From an uncultured Verrucomicrobiae bacterium (GTDB taxonomy: Bacteria; Verrucomicrobiota; Verrucomicrobiia; Chthoniobacterales; JAFAMB01), in assembly GCA_963782115.1 (NCBI GenBank), contig CAWAIK010000001.1, positions 160,001 through 224,000 of the forward strand: a DNA stretch of 64,000 nucleotides, given 5' to 3'. This document shows positions 49,042-62,426 of the stretch, piece after piece (position 1 is the stretch's first letter; every line of letters starts with the position of its first letter). The notes beneath the pieces are model-generated. The model was not told where the DNA came from. It did not search any database and saw only the letters and a program-made list of their open reading frames with translations. The translations under genes and the position numbers were made by a program.

Positions 49042-50747
49042 CTATCCCAATGCCGGTTCTTGGACCGGAAGAGTTGGCATGGTAAACGCCAAGTCGGCCT
49101 GAGGGGGATGGGTCGGCATGGTAAAGGCTAAATCGGCCTGAGGGGGATGGGTCGGCATGGTGAAGGCTAAATCGGCCTGCGGGGGATGGTAAACGCTAAA
49201 TCGGCCTGAGGAGGATGAGTCGGCATGGTGAAGGCTAAGTCGGCCTGCGGGGGATGGGTCGGCATCGTAAAGGCTAAATCGGCCTGAGGGGGATGGGTCG
49301 GCATGGTGAAGGCTAAATCGTCCTGAGGAGGATGGGTAGGCATCGTAAAGGCTAAGTCGGCTTGCGGGGGATGGGTCGGCATGGTGAAGGCTAAGTCGGC
49401 CTGCGGGGGATGGGTCGGCATCGTAAAGGCTAAATCGGCCTGAGGGGGATGGGTAGGCATGGTAAAGGCTAAATCGGCCTGAGGGGGATGGGTCGGCATC
49501 GTAAAGGCTAAATCGTCCTGAGGAGGATGGGTAGGCATCGTAAAGGCCAAGTCGGCCTGCGGGGGATGGGTCGGCATGGTGAAGGCTAAGTCGGCCTGAG
49601 GGGGATGGGTCGGCATGGTGAAGGCTAAATCGGCCTGCGGGGGATGAGCCGGCATCGTAAAGGCCAAGTCGGCCTGCGGGGGATGGGTCGGCATGGTGAA
49701 GGCTAAATCGGCCTGCGGGGGATGAGTCGGCATGGTAAAGGCCAAGTCGGCCTGCGGGGGATGGGTAGGCATGGTGAAGGCTAAACCGGCCTGCGGGGGA
49801 TGAGTCGGCATGGTAAAGGCCAAGTCGGCCTGCGGGGGATGAGTCGGCATCGTAAACGCTAAATCGGCCTGAGGGGGATGAGTCGGCATCGTGAAGGCTA
49901 AGTCGGCCTGCGGGGGATGGGTCGGCATGGTGAAGGCTAAATCGGCCTGCGGGGGATGGGTCGGCATGGTAAAGGCTAAGTCGGCCTGAGGGGGATGGGT
50001 CGGCATGGTGAAGGCTAAGTCGGCCTGAGGGGGATGGGTCGGCATCGTGAAGGCCAAGTCGGCCTGCGGGGGATGGGTCGGCATGGTGAAGGCTAAGTCG
50101 GCCTGAGGGGGATGGGTCGGCATCGTGAAGGCTAAGTCGGCGTGCGGGGGATGGGTCGGCATCGTGAAGGCCAAGTCGGCCTGCGGGGGATGGGTCGGCA
50201 TGGTAAAGGCTAAGTCGGCCTGAGGGGGATGGGTCGGCATGGTGAAGGCTAAGTCGGCCTGAGGGGGATGGGTCGGCATCGTGAAGGCCAAGTCGGCCTG
50301 CGGGGGATGGGTCGGCATGGTGAAGGCTAAGTCGGCCTGAGGGGGATGGGTCGGCATGGTGAAGGCCAAGTCGGCCTGCGGAGGATGGGTCGGCATGGTA
50401 AAGGCTAAATCGGCCTGCGGGGGATGGGTCGGCATGGTGAAGGCTAAATCGGCCTGCGGGGGATGGGTCGGCATGGTGAAGGCTAAGTCGGCCTGAGGGG
50501 GATGGGTCGGCATGGTGAAGGCTAAGTCGGCCTGAGGGGGATGGGTCGGCATCGTGAAGGCTAGCGGACAAGTAGAGTTTTGCCCTGCCGTCCCAGGTTC
50601 CTGGATTTCTCGAAACCATGGATGACCCTTGTCGAAAGCGCACGTTGTCTGATTGTCTACCGGCGTCACAACGAGACTTTGTGCAGCGCGAACGCCGTCG
50701 AAAGCCATGGAAACGCCAAACAGAAATAATAGTAATTTTCTTCGCAT
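49042..50747 (-). CDS. Secreted tandem-repeat protein, ~39 x AFTMPTHPPQADL; a 10-nt deletion near 49187 frameshifts the last three units
   Basis: Signal peptide MRRKLLLFLFGVSMA..AAQ; 35 full repeats in ORF 49167..50753; the same repeat resumes in the other frame and ends AFTMPTLPVQEPALG*. Confidence 0.8.
49068..50561. repeat. 39-bp tandem repeat array (~1.5 kb)
   Basis: Unit approximately GGGGGATGGGTCGGCATGGTGAAGGCTAAGTCGGCCTGC, no spacers. Confidence 0.97.
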
Positions 50748-51179
50748 GTGCAATAATTACCATAGTTTCCATATAAAGGTAACGTTTTTACGAAGATTCA
50801 CTACGCCTCGTTCCGCACTTTTGTGTTTTCCTATCCGAAAAAACTCCTGTTTTCCACGGTGCGGTACGCGTTGAACGAAAGCAGCAGAGGCAAACCTCGA
50901 GAGGGCAAAGGCCAAAATCTTGAGGCCATCGCAGCTTCGGGTTCGTGATCTTGAACCCGACACGGGTCAGGCTGCCGGTGCCGAAGATCGCCGGCATGAC
51001 TCGCGAGGATTATCAGTCTAACTTCGGCGATCGTGCCGAACGGTTCGACCAGGAGTCCCATTCCGGCCAAGCGTATCGGATTGAACGGGCGTAAGTGTTC
51101 CAGCTCTACGATTTAGGTGCAATCGCCAATGCCGTTGATTCGGCCAACTGACGAAACCGTTCGTGGAAATACTCCGCCG

Positions 51180-51325
51180 AACCCTTCTGATTTTGAACCG
51201 TCAGCTTCCGGCGATCTAACGCAGCTTTAAGTTCAGGTGCTCGGATCGGCTTGCTCAGATAGTCGTCCATCCCGCCGCGAGGCACTTTTCGCGGTCATCC
51301 TGCATTGCATTGGCGTCAAGGCGTC
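51180..51325 (-). pseudogene. Degenerate C-terminal receiver-domain fragment of a hybrid kinase
   Basis: Reads ..[32 protein letters not shown] with small frameshifts; resembles the C-terminus of the kinase at 35227. Confidence 0.7.
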
Positions 51326-51724
51326 ACGAAGCGGGGACCGATCGCAAAGGAGCGCTATGAATTTTCGGCTGTAGTCCGAATAATTCCATCTGTCCCATGA
51401 ATTAAATAATTATCATACTAGCAATAATTTGAAGATGAAGAGCAGCTCCACAAACCCTCACTCGGGACTAGCTGATTTGTCTCCTTCACGGTGGAGACTT
51501 GTGCCGAGCCCTACGTTGAGGTAGCCATGAAAGCAGGTCCGCCTAAACCCGGGATTCGTTCGCAAGAGGACTTTCTAATGGTCCTCCGGGATACCCGATC
51601 CGACATGCGCCAGGCGATTTCCCCGAGTTCATTCTTAATGTACGTGATTATCGGAGGGATATATGGTATTAATATTAAATATGGTACTTCTACATCCGGC
51701 TCCCGGTGCGACCGGTTCTTGCCA

Positions 51725-53869
<2,145 letters not shown>

Positions 53870-53906
53870 CCAGGCCGCAAATATCGTGAATTCGAAAGAC
53901 TCCTTA

Positions 53907-55097
53907 ATGACAGGGCGTAAGCCATCATCGGCCGAGGATCCAAGGCACCCCGTGACTCCTGAATCCGCCTCAGAACTCAATTATCGACGGTTATTCGAAG
54001 CGGCCAAGGATGGCATCCTGATTCTCGACGCTAAGACCGGACGCATCAACGATGTGAATCCTTTCCTCTCTAAACTATTGGGTTTTTCCCGAAGTGAAAT
54101 GGTCGGCAAAACGGTCGGCGAGCTTAGCCCGTTCAAGGACCTCGAGCCAACTCAAGCCATGTTGGAGCGACTACAACAGAGTGGCTATGTACGCTATGAA
54201 GACCTGCCACTGGAAACGCGAGATGCCCGCCAAATTGCCGTGGAGTTTGTCAGCAACGTGTATCGAGCCGGCGACCGCAACTTGATCCAATGCAATATCC
54301 GCGACATCACGGAGCGCAAACGCGTGGAAGCTGAAGTACGCCGTCTTAATGAGACCCTCGAGCAACGCGTCGACGAACGCACGGCGCAACTGCAAATCGC
54401 CAACGAGGAACTGGAAGCGTTCAGCTATTCCGTCTCCCACGATCTGCGTGCGCCGCTGCGCCATGTCATGGGCTTCGTGAAACTGCTGCAACAAGACGCG
54501 GGGCCGTTGCTTTCAGGAAAAAGTCTTCGGCATCTGACAACTATCTTCCAGTCGGCACAGCGGATGGGGGATTTGATCGATGCCCTGCTGGCTTTCTCGC
54601 GCGTCGGGCGTGCGGGATTGCTAAAGACTGACATTGATCTCAACGAGCTAGTCCGGGAGACCTTGGGCGATTTGCCAGCGGAGACAAGAGATCGGAATAT
54701 CATTTGGGAAATCCACCCGCTGCCAGCAGTATGGGCCGACCGTACCTTGCTGCGAATGGTATTGGTCAATCTGATTTCCAACGCGGTGAAGTTTACCGGC
54801 GCTCGCGCTGAAGCCAGAATCGAAATCGGTTTGGCTCCCAAAGGGAACGGCGAACCAGTGATCTTCATTCGCGATAACGGCGCCGGTTTCGATCCGAAGT
54901 ATACCGGGAAACTTTTCGGCGTGTTCCAACGCCTGCACAGTGAGACCGAGTTTGAGGGCACGGGCATCGGGCTGGCTAATGTCCAGCGCATCATTCATCG
55001 CCACGGCGGCCGGGCATGGGCCGAAGGAGTGCTCGACCGCGGCGCGACGTTCTATTTTTCAATCCCAAAACGCAACGGATGCATCAATGGACAGTGA
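53907..55097 (+). CDS. PAS sensor histidine kinase (COG4251-like kinase core)
   Basis: [53 protein letters not shown]; start approximate. Confidence 0.9.
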   Translation: MTGRKPSSAEDPRHPVTPESASELNYRRLFEAAKDGILILDAKTGRINDVNPFLSKLLGFSRSEMVGKTVGELSPFKDLEPTQAMLERLQQSGYVRYEDLPLETRDARQIAVEFVSNVYRAGDRNLIQCNIRDITERKRVEAEVRRLNETLEQRVDERTAQLQIANEELEAFSYSVSHDLRAPLRHVMGFVKLLQQDAGPLLSGKSLRHLTTIFQSAQRMGDLIDALLAFSRVGRAGLLKTDIDLNELVRETLGDLPAETRDRNIIWEIHPLPAVWADRTLLRMVLVNLISNAVKFTGARAEARIEIGLAPKGNGEPVIFIRDNGAGFDPKYTGKLFGVFQRLHSETEFEGTGIGLANVQRIIHRHGGRAWAEGVLDRGATFYFSIPKRNGCINGQ

Positions 55098-55638
55098 AAC
55101 AATAAACATCAAAAACACTCTGTTGGTCGAAGACGATCCGCGGGATGTCGAACTTACCTTGGCAGCGCTTGAGGAGCAACATCTGGCCGACAAGGTTGAG
55201 GTCGTGAACAATGGCGCGGAGGCCTTGGATTATCTTTATCGCCGGGGAAAATTCAAAATGCGCGAGGGCGGCAATCCCGTTGTGGTGTTGCTAGACAACA
55301 AGATGCCGAAGCTAAGCGGGCTCGAAGTGTTGAAGATCATCAAGTCCGACGAGCATTTGAAAATGATTCCTGTCGTTGTGCTCAGTTCCTCGCGCGAAAT
55401 TCCGGATTTGATTGAGTTTTATAAACACGGCGTCAACGCCTATGTGGTGAAGCCTGTCGATTTTTCCGAGTTCATGCAGACTGTCAAGCAACTCGGAGTC
55501 TTTTGGGCGGCTGTTAACGAACCCCCGCTCGTCACCTGGAGAGACGAAACCGGAGCTCAAAGTCGGGCAGCAGCTCTCTCGAAAAAAAAGAGGTTAAAAA
55601 ATGACATCGCCGCTTCACATCCTGCACTTGGAGGATGA
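55087..55638 (+). CDS. Single-domain response regulator (Rcp1-like)
   Basis: [26 protein letters not shown]. Confidence 0.9.
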   Translation: MDSETINIKNTLLVEDDPRDVELTLAALEEQHLADKVEVVNNGAEALDYLYRRGKFKMREGGNPVVVLLDNKMPKLSGLEVLKIIKSDEHLKMIPVVVLSSSREIPDLIEFYKHGVNAYVVKPVDFSEFMQTVKQLGVFWAAVNEPPLVTWRDETGAQSRAAALSKKKRLKNDIAASHPALGG

Positions 55639-57157
55639 TCCAAACGATGCTGCACTCGTCCAATCCACCTTGGAAGCCGAGGGCATCATTTGTGCGATCA
55701 CCTGCGTGCAAGCACGTGATGATTTTGTGGTGGCGCTTGAACGCGGCGGCATTGACTTAATCATTTCGGATTTCTCGCTGCCCGCCTTTGATGGGTTGTC
55801 TGCGGTTGGAACCGTGCGCGCCAAATGGCCAGACCTGCCGTTTATTCTGGTTTCCGGAACTCTGGGCGAGGAACTGGCCATTGATTCGCTTAAGAGCGGC
55901 GCGACGGATTATGTCCTTAAGGACCATCTCTCTCGGCTCGTTCCGGCGGTGCGCCGTGCCATGCAGGAAGTCGATGAACGGGCCGAACGCCGGCGGCTGG
56001 AGGCACACTTTATCGAAGCGCAAAAAATGGAAGTGATCGGCCAGCTCGTCAGCGGCGTGGCGCATGATTTTAATAACATTCTCGCCGTCATCATCGGCTA
56101 CAGCGATTTGATCACGTCAGATCTCGGCGCGGACAGTTCTTTGCGAAAATATATCGAGGAGATCCGGCACGCGTCGGAGCGTGCCGCCGGGTTGACGCGG
56201 CAACTGCTCGTCTTCGGCCGCAAACAAACGGTGCTGCCTGTCGTGCTCGACCTCAATGATGTGGTGAACGACCTGGACAAAATGCTGCGACGGCTCATTG
56301 ACGCGAACATCGAAATGACGACGATTCCCGGGAAAAAAATCGGGCGCGTCAAGGCCGACTCCGGCTACGTGGGACAAGTGCTGATGAATCTGGTCGTTAA
56401 TGCCCGCGATGCCATGCCGAACGGCGGCAAGCTCACCATCGCAACGAACAATGTCAAAATCGATGAAAACTACGCGCGCACCCACGCGGGCGCCATTCCC
56501 GGCGAATACGTGATGCTCAGTGTCAGCGACACGGGAACCGGCATGACCGACGAGGTCAAAGCGCTTTTGTTTGAGGCGTTTTTTACGACGAAGCCATTGG
56601 GCAAGGGCACCGGTTTAGGCTTGGCGACCTGCCAGACCATCGTTCATCAATCCGGCGGTCACATCGGCGTTTACAGTGAGATCGGCAAAGGCACGACCTT
56701 CAAGATTTATTTTCCGCGAGTCGCGCAGCCGCTGGACGTTGCGGCCAGAACGCTCCGGACGGGGCCGTTGCCGCGCGGGACGGAAACCTTGCTGGTCGTG
56801 GAAGATGAGCCATCCGTGAGGCACTTGGCTCGCAACGTATTGGATAACCTGGGTTATGAAGTGCTGTCGGCCTCGAACGGCCAGGATGCGTTGCACGTGG
56901 CCCGTGATCATAAAGGATCACCGATTCGTTTGGTGATCACCGATGTCATCATGCCGCTGATGGGAGGGAAAGTGATGGCGGAGTGGCTGAAAGCAACTTA
57001 TCCGGATCTCAAAATCCTCTTCACGTCCGGTTACACGGAAGACGCCATCACCCACCATGGCGTGCTTGACACCGGAGTCGAGTTCCTGCCCAAACCTTAC
57101 ACGCCGGCGATTCTCGCCCGCAAAGTGCGTCAGCTACTCGACGAGAAATCGCCTTAG
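55601..57157 (+). CDS. REC-HisKA-HATPase-REC hybrid kinase (CckA-like core)
   Basis: LHLEDD, AHDFNN, NARDAM, GKGTGLGL, ITDVIMP. Confidence 0.92.
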   Translation: MTSPLHILHLEDDPNDAALVQSTLEAEGIICAITCVQARDDFVVALERGGIDLIISDFSLPAFDGLSAVGTVRAKWPDLPFILVSGTLGEELAIDSLKSGATDYVLKDHLSRLVPAVRRAMQEVDERAERRRLEAHFIEAQKMEVIGQLVSGVAHDFNNILAVIIGYSDLITSDLGADSSLRKYIEEIRHASERAAGLTRQLLVFGRKQTVLPVVLDLNDVVNDLDKMLRRLIDANIEMTTIPGKKIGRVKADSGYVGQVLMNLVVNARDAMPNGGKLTIATNNVKIDENYARTHAGAIPGEYVMLSVSDTGTGMTDEVKALLFEAFFTTKPLGKGTGLGLATCQTIVHQSGGHIGVYSEIGKGTTFKIYFPRVAQPLDVAARTLRTGPLPRGTETLLVVEDEPSVRHLARNVLDNLGYEVLSASNGQDALHVARDHKGSPIRLVITDVIMPLMGGKVMAEWLKATYPDLKILFTSGYTEDAITHHGVLDTGVEFLPKPYTPAILARKVRQLLDEKSP

Positions 57158-57172
57158 GCCAACCGGCCAAGC

Positions 57173-59898
57173 ATGAAAATTAAAGCTAAGATTCTTTGGA
57201 CATTGCTTGGCATGTCCTTGCTCGTGGCACTGGTGGGTGCGCTGGCGGCGAACCGATTACGCGCCTCCGCGATGGCGGGCGTGACCAGAGAAGCCCAGGA
57301 TGTGGCCCACCTGGTGAGCTTCATTCTCATGTCGGGCTCAAAACTCTCCCCTTCTGCCCAGGAAATCGTTGCCAAGCTTCATCAGAAACAGGGACGAGAC
57401 ACACCGCTCTACAATGAATTGATGCGACTGACGAGAACCACAATCCATCATGTCCTCTTGGCGGGGTTGGGCAGCGTCGCGATCGCTTTGTTGATTGCAC
57501 TCTTAGTGGGCCGGTCGATTGTCAGACCGCTCCGGCAACTGACGAATGTGGCGACTGGCTTTTCCTATGGGCGAACGGATTTGCCGCCGCCGCCGCCGCG
57601 GAATGATGAGATTGGTGAGTTGGCGACGGCCTTCAATGACATGATGCAAAAGCGCCGGCGGGCTGAGGACGAACTTCTGCGCCTCCGCGACGAACTCGAA
57701 GTGCGTGTGGCTAAACGCACCTCTGAACTGGCAGAAGCTAACGAAGCGTTGCGGACGGAAAACGCCGATCGAAAGCGAGCCGAAGAAACGTCGCGCGAAA
57801 GTGAGGAAAAATTCCGCCAGTTGGCGGATAACATTACCGATGTATTCTGGGTGACTTCGCCCGACTTGAAAGCAATCCACTACATCAGTCCGGGTTATGA
57901 ACTGGTCTGGGGACGTTCGACGGAGAGTTTGTATAGTCATCCGCACCAATGGCTCGAAGCCATCCTTCCGGAGGAACGTGAGCGTGTTTTTGGGGTCTTC
58001 GCGGGGCTAATGGGAAGCGAGGCGGAAGCGAGCGTTGAGTACCAAATCGCTCGTCCTGATGGGATAGTCCGCTGGGTTCATGACCGTGGTTTTCAGGTCC
58101 GAGATGCCGCAGGTAACCTGGTTCGCCTGGCCGGGATCGCCACCGACATTACGGAGCGCAAACAGACCGAGGAGGCGTTGCAGCGGCAAAAGACCGAACT
58201 CCGGGTGCTCTTCGACTTGATGCCGGCAATGATCTTTTTCAAGCACGGAAAACGGCATTCTGCGGGTCAACAAACGATTTGCGGAAACCGTTGGGAAGTC
58301 TGTCGAAGAGATCGAAGGAAAACCCTACCTCGAGATTGAGTCCGAGGAAGCGGCCAGGTTTTATGCGGATGACCTGGAAGTTATCCAATCGGGATTGCCC
58401 AAACTGGGGATTGTCGAGACGATTCGAGACCGGGAGGGTAAAGAAATCTGGATGCAGACGGATAAGGTTCCGGTCTGCGACCAAGACGGGCAGGTAATCG
58501 GCATCGTCGTCATGTGCCAGGACATCACTGAGCGCAAGAGAGCCGAGCAGACGCTGCTATTGCTCAATTCTGCCGTGCTGCAGTCGAAGGAATCCATCTT
58601 AATCACCGATGCGGAACTCGAGTTGCCCGGGCCGCGGGTTATCTTTGTCAATCCCGCCTTCACAAAGATGACGGGCTACACTGCGGAGGAAACGATTGGA
58701 AAAACGCCCCGGATTTTACAGGGGCCGCAAACAGACAAAACCGTATTGAGCCGGCTTCGGCAAAACCTCGAACGGGGCGAAGTGTTCGAGGGCGAAGCCA
58801 TTAATTATCGCAAGGACGGAACGGAATTTGACCTGGAATGGCAAGTCGCGCCCATTCGCAATGCCAGCGGGACAATTACTCACTTTTTAGCGATGCAACG
58901 CGACATCACGGTGCGCAAACGGTTGGAGGCCAAACTGGCTCAAGCTCAAAAAATGGAAAAAAAGACCATCGATCTTAACCGGCTCATCGTCAGTATGGAA
59001 GGTATGTTTCACCATCTCATGGGCGGTGATGTGGATACGCAGATCGTTCCCGGCCCTGACGTGCACGCGGTGCGGGCGGACGCCGGACAGCTTGAGCAGG
59101 TCATTATGAACATGGCCATCAATGCGCGCGATGCCATGCCCAACGGCGGCAAATTCATGTTGGAAACCGCCAACGTCTCCTTCGATCAAGAGAGTGTGAG
59201 CCGTTATCCAGAATTGAAGTCGGGCGACTACGTAATGCTGGCGCTGACGGACACTGGCACGGGGATGAGTGCGGAAGTGAAAGCGCGCATCTTCGAGCCA
59301 TTTTTTTCCACCAAAGCGGTTGGCCAGGGAACAGGTTTGGGATTATCCACCTGTTATGGCATTATCAAACAAAGCGGCGGTCATATCAGCGTCTATAGCG
59401 AACTTGCCCGAGGTGCCACCTTCAAGATTTATCTGCCGCAAGTTGAGCAGCAGGCGAAGATTCCCATGCATTCTCTTGGCTCACCTGGGCTACCGCGCGG
59501 GACGGAAACTAATCCTGCTGGTCGAAGACGATCCCGCCTTGCGTGAGATGGCTGCGACATTGTTAAGACGCCTTGGTTACACAGTTTTGGCGGCGGCCAA
59601 TGGCATCGAAGCCTTGAGCCTGAAACAACAGAGGGATATCGGACACGTTGATTTATTGTTCACCGATGTCGTTATGCCGCATATGAGTGGCAAAGAATTG
59701 TCTGAACGTATCCAGGCGATATTCCCGCACACCAAGGTTCTTTTCACCTCCGCCTACACCGAGAATGCCATCATCCATCAAGGTGTGTTGAACAAGGGCT
59801 TGGCACTTCTGCAAAAGCCGTTCACGCCCTCCGCCCTGGCGCACAAATTGCGGGAAGTGCTCGATCAACCGAGCGTTCCGGAACCGGTCACCGTGTAG
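57173..59898 (+). pseudogene. HAMP-PAS-PAS-PAS-kinase-REC gene, disrupted
   Basis: Three ORF pieces joined by frameshifts near 58245 and 59510; H-box absent (QAQKME runs straight into KKTIDLN). Confidence 0.85.
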
Positions 59899-60166
59899 TG
59901 TCCTGTTCATATCCTGAAGCAATCATTACGGGTCGAGAATAGTATGGCAGAATCTGATGGAACAGGACGACATATATGAAACAAGGAATTTAAAGGTTGC
60001 TAACCGATCAATGAATTGGACAGACATTGAGATCATTCGGCGGGCGGTTATTCACTATGGCTCGCCGATTCGAGATAGTGAGTGACACCTCCTTGCGCCT
60101 GCTCGGACCGGAGGCTTCCAACATGGTCCGCATATATCCGGCGTGGGTCAGCCGTAGAAAGCACCA

Positions 60167-60394
60167 ATGACTGCCATTCGCGCAGAAGTTCTTGCTATCG
60201 ATAGGCAGAGTGACCGATACCACGTAATAGTTCGACTTGGTCTCGCGAGATATCGAGGCTCATTCGACACCCTCGTTTTCGGAGAAAACAAACCTTTCGT
60301 GGGTTCTTGTCATGACGGGCGGCTTGATCTCATTTACCTTCGAGATCCGGGCCTTCATGCAGGACAAGAATTTCCGCTGTGGACGATTCACTAG
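60167..60394 (+). CDS. Small hypothetical protein (75 aa), paralog of 2508..2735
   Basis: Shared YRGSF.TL.FGE.KP.VGS.H.GRLDL.Y..DPGL..G..FPLW motif. Confidence 0.75.
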   Translation: MTAIRAEVLAIDRQSDRYHVIVRLGLARYRGSFDTLVFGENKPFVGSCHDGRLDLIYLRDPGLHAGQEFPLWTIH

Positions 60395-60485
60395 CACGAT
60401 GCGGCACCTCGAGGGCCGGCTTTGAGGTGAGTGCCCGGTCTTGCGAATTCGATACATCCAGAGCCACCAGCAATCTCGAACGACT

Positions 60486-60671
60486 ATGATGTCCACGCTT
60501 CCTCAAATTCCCGGCGCTCCTTTCCCACCCGGCGACCCTCAACCGACACCGCCTAGTCCGGTGCCTCCGCCCGTCGAGCCTGCGCCGCCTCCGCCCATGC
60601 CTACGCCTCCGTCACCGACGCCCAATCCCGTCCCTCCAATCGAACCGTTACCGGAACCGGCTAAGATCTAA
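60486..60671 (+). CDS. Small proline-rich protein (61 aa)
   Basis: ORF in which roughly half the codons are Pro, with varied third positions. Confidence 0.5.
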   Translation: MMSTLPQIPGAPFPPGDPQPTPPSPVPPPVEPAPPPPMPTPPSPTPNPVPPIEPLPEPAKI

Positions 60672-60676
60672 AAGAA

Positions 60677-60790
60677 GTTGCCAGTGTCAGTAGTCAGTGT
60701 CAGTGGCGGAGGCGGAAATAAATAGCACGGAGCGGAATTCCCAACTCTTTCTTCGACTGACACTGACAACTGACACTGACAACTTTCTCC
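60677..60790. repeat. Inverted GTCAGT/ACTGAC repeat pair between convergent genes
   Basis: gttgccagtgtcagtagtcagtgtcagt ... actgacactgacaactgacactgacaac. Confidence 0.85.
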
Positions 60791-60800
60791 GACAACTTCT

Positions 60801-61529
60801 TCATTCGAAGAACTTCTCGCGATGCGGCCGCAAATCGAGTTCCAGGCTCCAGGCCGATCGATCCTGCTTGACTAATCCCCAATAGGCTTCCGCAATGGCT
60901 GCCGGATTCATGACCGGTTCCGCGCTTTGCTCTTCGGCGCCCAGCTCGACCTCGCTCTCACGGATCACGCCATCGACAATGATGTGGGCGACATGGATGC
61001 CCTGAGGCCACAACTCCCTGGCCATGGCCTGAGCGAGTCCGCGGACCGCAAACTTTGCGCTACTGAAAGTGATAGCACCTCCCCGCACCGATGAAGTCGC
61101 GCCAGTGAACAGGATGCAGCCAGCGTTTTTATCGAGCATATCAGGAACGACCGCCTGCGAGCAGAGGAACGAGCCTAGTACGCCAACCCGCCAACCTCGA
61201 GTAAAGCTTTCCGGAGCGATCTCAACAAAGGGGCGGCCAAAAGGGCCGGCCGCACTGGCATTGTTGATGAGAAGATCGACCGAGCCGAACCGGTCGCGGA
61301 CGCGCTTGAACGCCGCGGCGACCTGGTCAGGGTCCCCGACGTCAGTGGGAATTGTGAGGATCTCCGTTCCGTGCCGCCGAAGTTCTTTGGACAAAGCTTC
61401 GAGAAAATCGGGTGACCTGGCCAACAGAACCACGCGGCATCCTTCTTTAGCAAATTTACGCGCCAGCGAGGCTCCGAGTCCTGGACCGACACCCGCGATA
61501 ACCGACACATCCGGAGTGAAAGTATTCAT
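60801..61529 (-). CDS. Short-chain dehydrogenase/reductase
   Basis: GVGPGLG, LINNAS, FTGATSS, SAKFAVRGLAQAMAREL, IHVAHIIVDG. Confidence 0.9.
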   Translation of the reverse strand: MNTFTPDVSVIAGVGPGLGASLARKFAKEGCRVVLLARSPDFLEALSKELRRHGTEILTIPTDVGDPDQVAAAFKRVRDRFGSVDLLINNASAAGPFGRPFVEIAPESFTRGWRVGVLGSFLCSQAVVPDMLDKNAGCILFTGATSSVRGGAITFSSAKFAVRGLAQAMARELWPQGIHVAHIIVDGVIRESEVELGAEEQSAEPVMNPAAIAEAYWGLVKQDRSAWSLELDLRPHREKFFE

Positions 61530-61574
61530 GTGAAACAATGTTCTTTGCTTTGCGTTCCTGGGAAGCTGGAAACT

Positions 61575-62372
61575 TCAGTTACTGCTCCGAAGCTCCTTTA
61601 TCTCCTTGAGGATTCCGTCGACGATGGCCCGAACCACGAACTCCCCCTTCTGTCGAGTTGCCAGGGTGGCATCACCATAGATTCCTGAAGCCGAATAACT
61701 GCCGTCTCCTTTGGGGTCACGCGTCAACCCGCCGTTCGCCGAGGGATGATAGTCCTTGATCGCCTTGCTCATATCGACGGTCCAAGGCGCGATGAATAAC
61801 ATCATGGATGTCTCAATTTCACCGGCGTGTGTTCCGCCCTCCTCTTGTTTCCCTTTCCATTCGACTGGTGCGATGAGCTTGAGGATGTCGGTGTATCGGA
61901 AATCGATGCCCTCTTCGGCGAGTATCTTGGACGTCAGTTGCAACGGCCTCATCGTTGATACACCTGTATTCAACGCATAAAATTTGCGCGGGCCGCAGGG
62001 AGCCAGGCTCCTGCAAATATCCACCATCAGATCGCGGGCCGTCTCCAGCCGGAGCGAGATGGAGCCGGGATACTCAACGAACGCCGGATAGTATTGATAA
62101 TTGACGGTGGGCGCGATCACGACGCCGGCTATCTTCAGAGTTTCGCGCTTAAAATATTCGGCCAGCAGCCAGTCGTTCTTAAGCCTGAGATGCGGTCCGT
62201 GCTCTTTGGATGCGGCACCGATCGGAATGATGACGATCGTATCGGGACGCAGCACCGTCTCGGCCTCCTGCCACGTCAGATCTTCTAGCAGAATGCCCTT
62301 GTCCCTAGAACAACGAGCCAATGGTTCAAGTTGATCGTTCAATTCGCGGTAAATAGATTTTGTTCGTTCCAC
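61575..62372 (-). CDS. Creatininase family protein
   Basis: PIGAASKEHGPHL..ND, YPGSISL, HAGEIETS, GIYGD...AT. Confidence 0.88.
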   Translation of the reverse strand: MERTKSIYRELNDQLEPLARCSRDKGILLEDLTWQEAETVLRPDTIVIIPIGAASKEHGPHLRLKNDWLLAEYFKRETLKIAGVVIAPTVNYQYYPAFVEYPGSISLRLETARDLMVDICRSLAPCGPRKFYALNTGVSTMRPLQLTSKILAEEGIDFRYTDILKLIAPVEWKGKQEEGGTHAGEIETSMMLFIAPWTVDMSKAIKDYHPSANGGLTRDPKGDGSYSASGIYGDATLATRQKGEFVVRAIVDGILKEIKELRSSN

Positions 62373-62426
62373 GCACTCTGGCCATGCCGCGGGAGAGCTA
62401 TTTTTGTCATAAGGGGTTGATGACGG

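Noticed and set aside
49068..50561. 39-bp array as a CRISPR array
   Set aside because: Units are contiguous with no unique spacers, vary at synonymous positions, and no cas genes are present
49042..50772. 576-aa alternative-frame ORF (HHADPSPAGRLSL repeats)
   Set aside because: Stays open only because the repeat lacks stops in that frame; variation is non-synonymous there and it has no signal peptide
51491..51724. N-terminal extensions given by the ORF track (also 1880-2101, 46317-46412, 54940-55086)
   Set aside because: They run through intergenic DNA or overlap upstream genes; downstream ATGs match the domain starts
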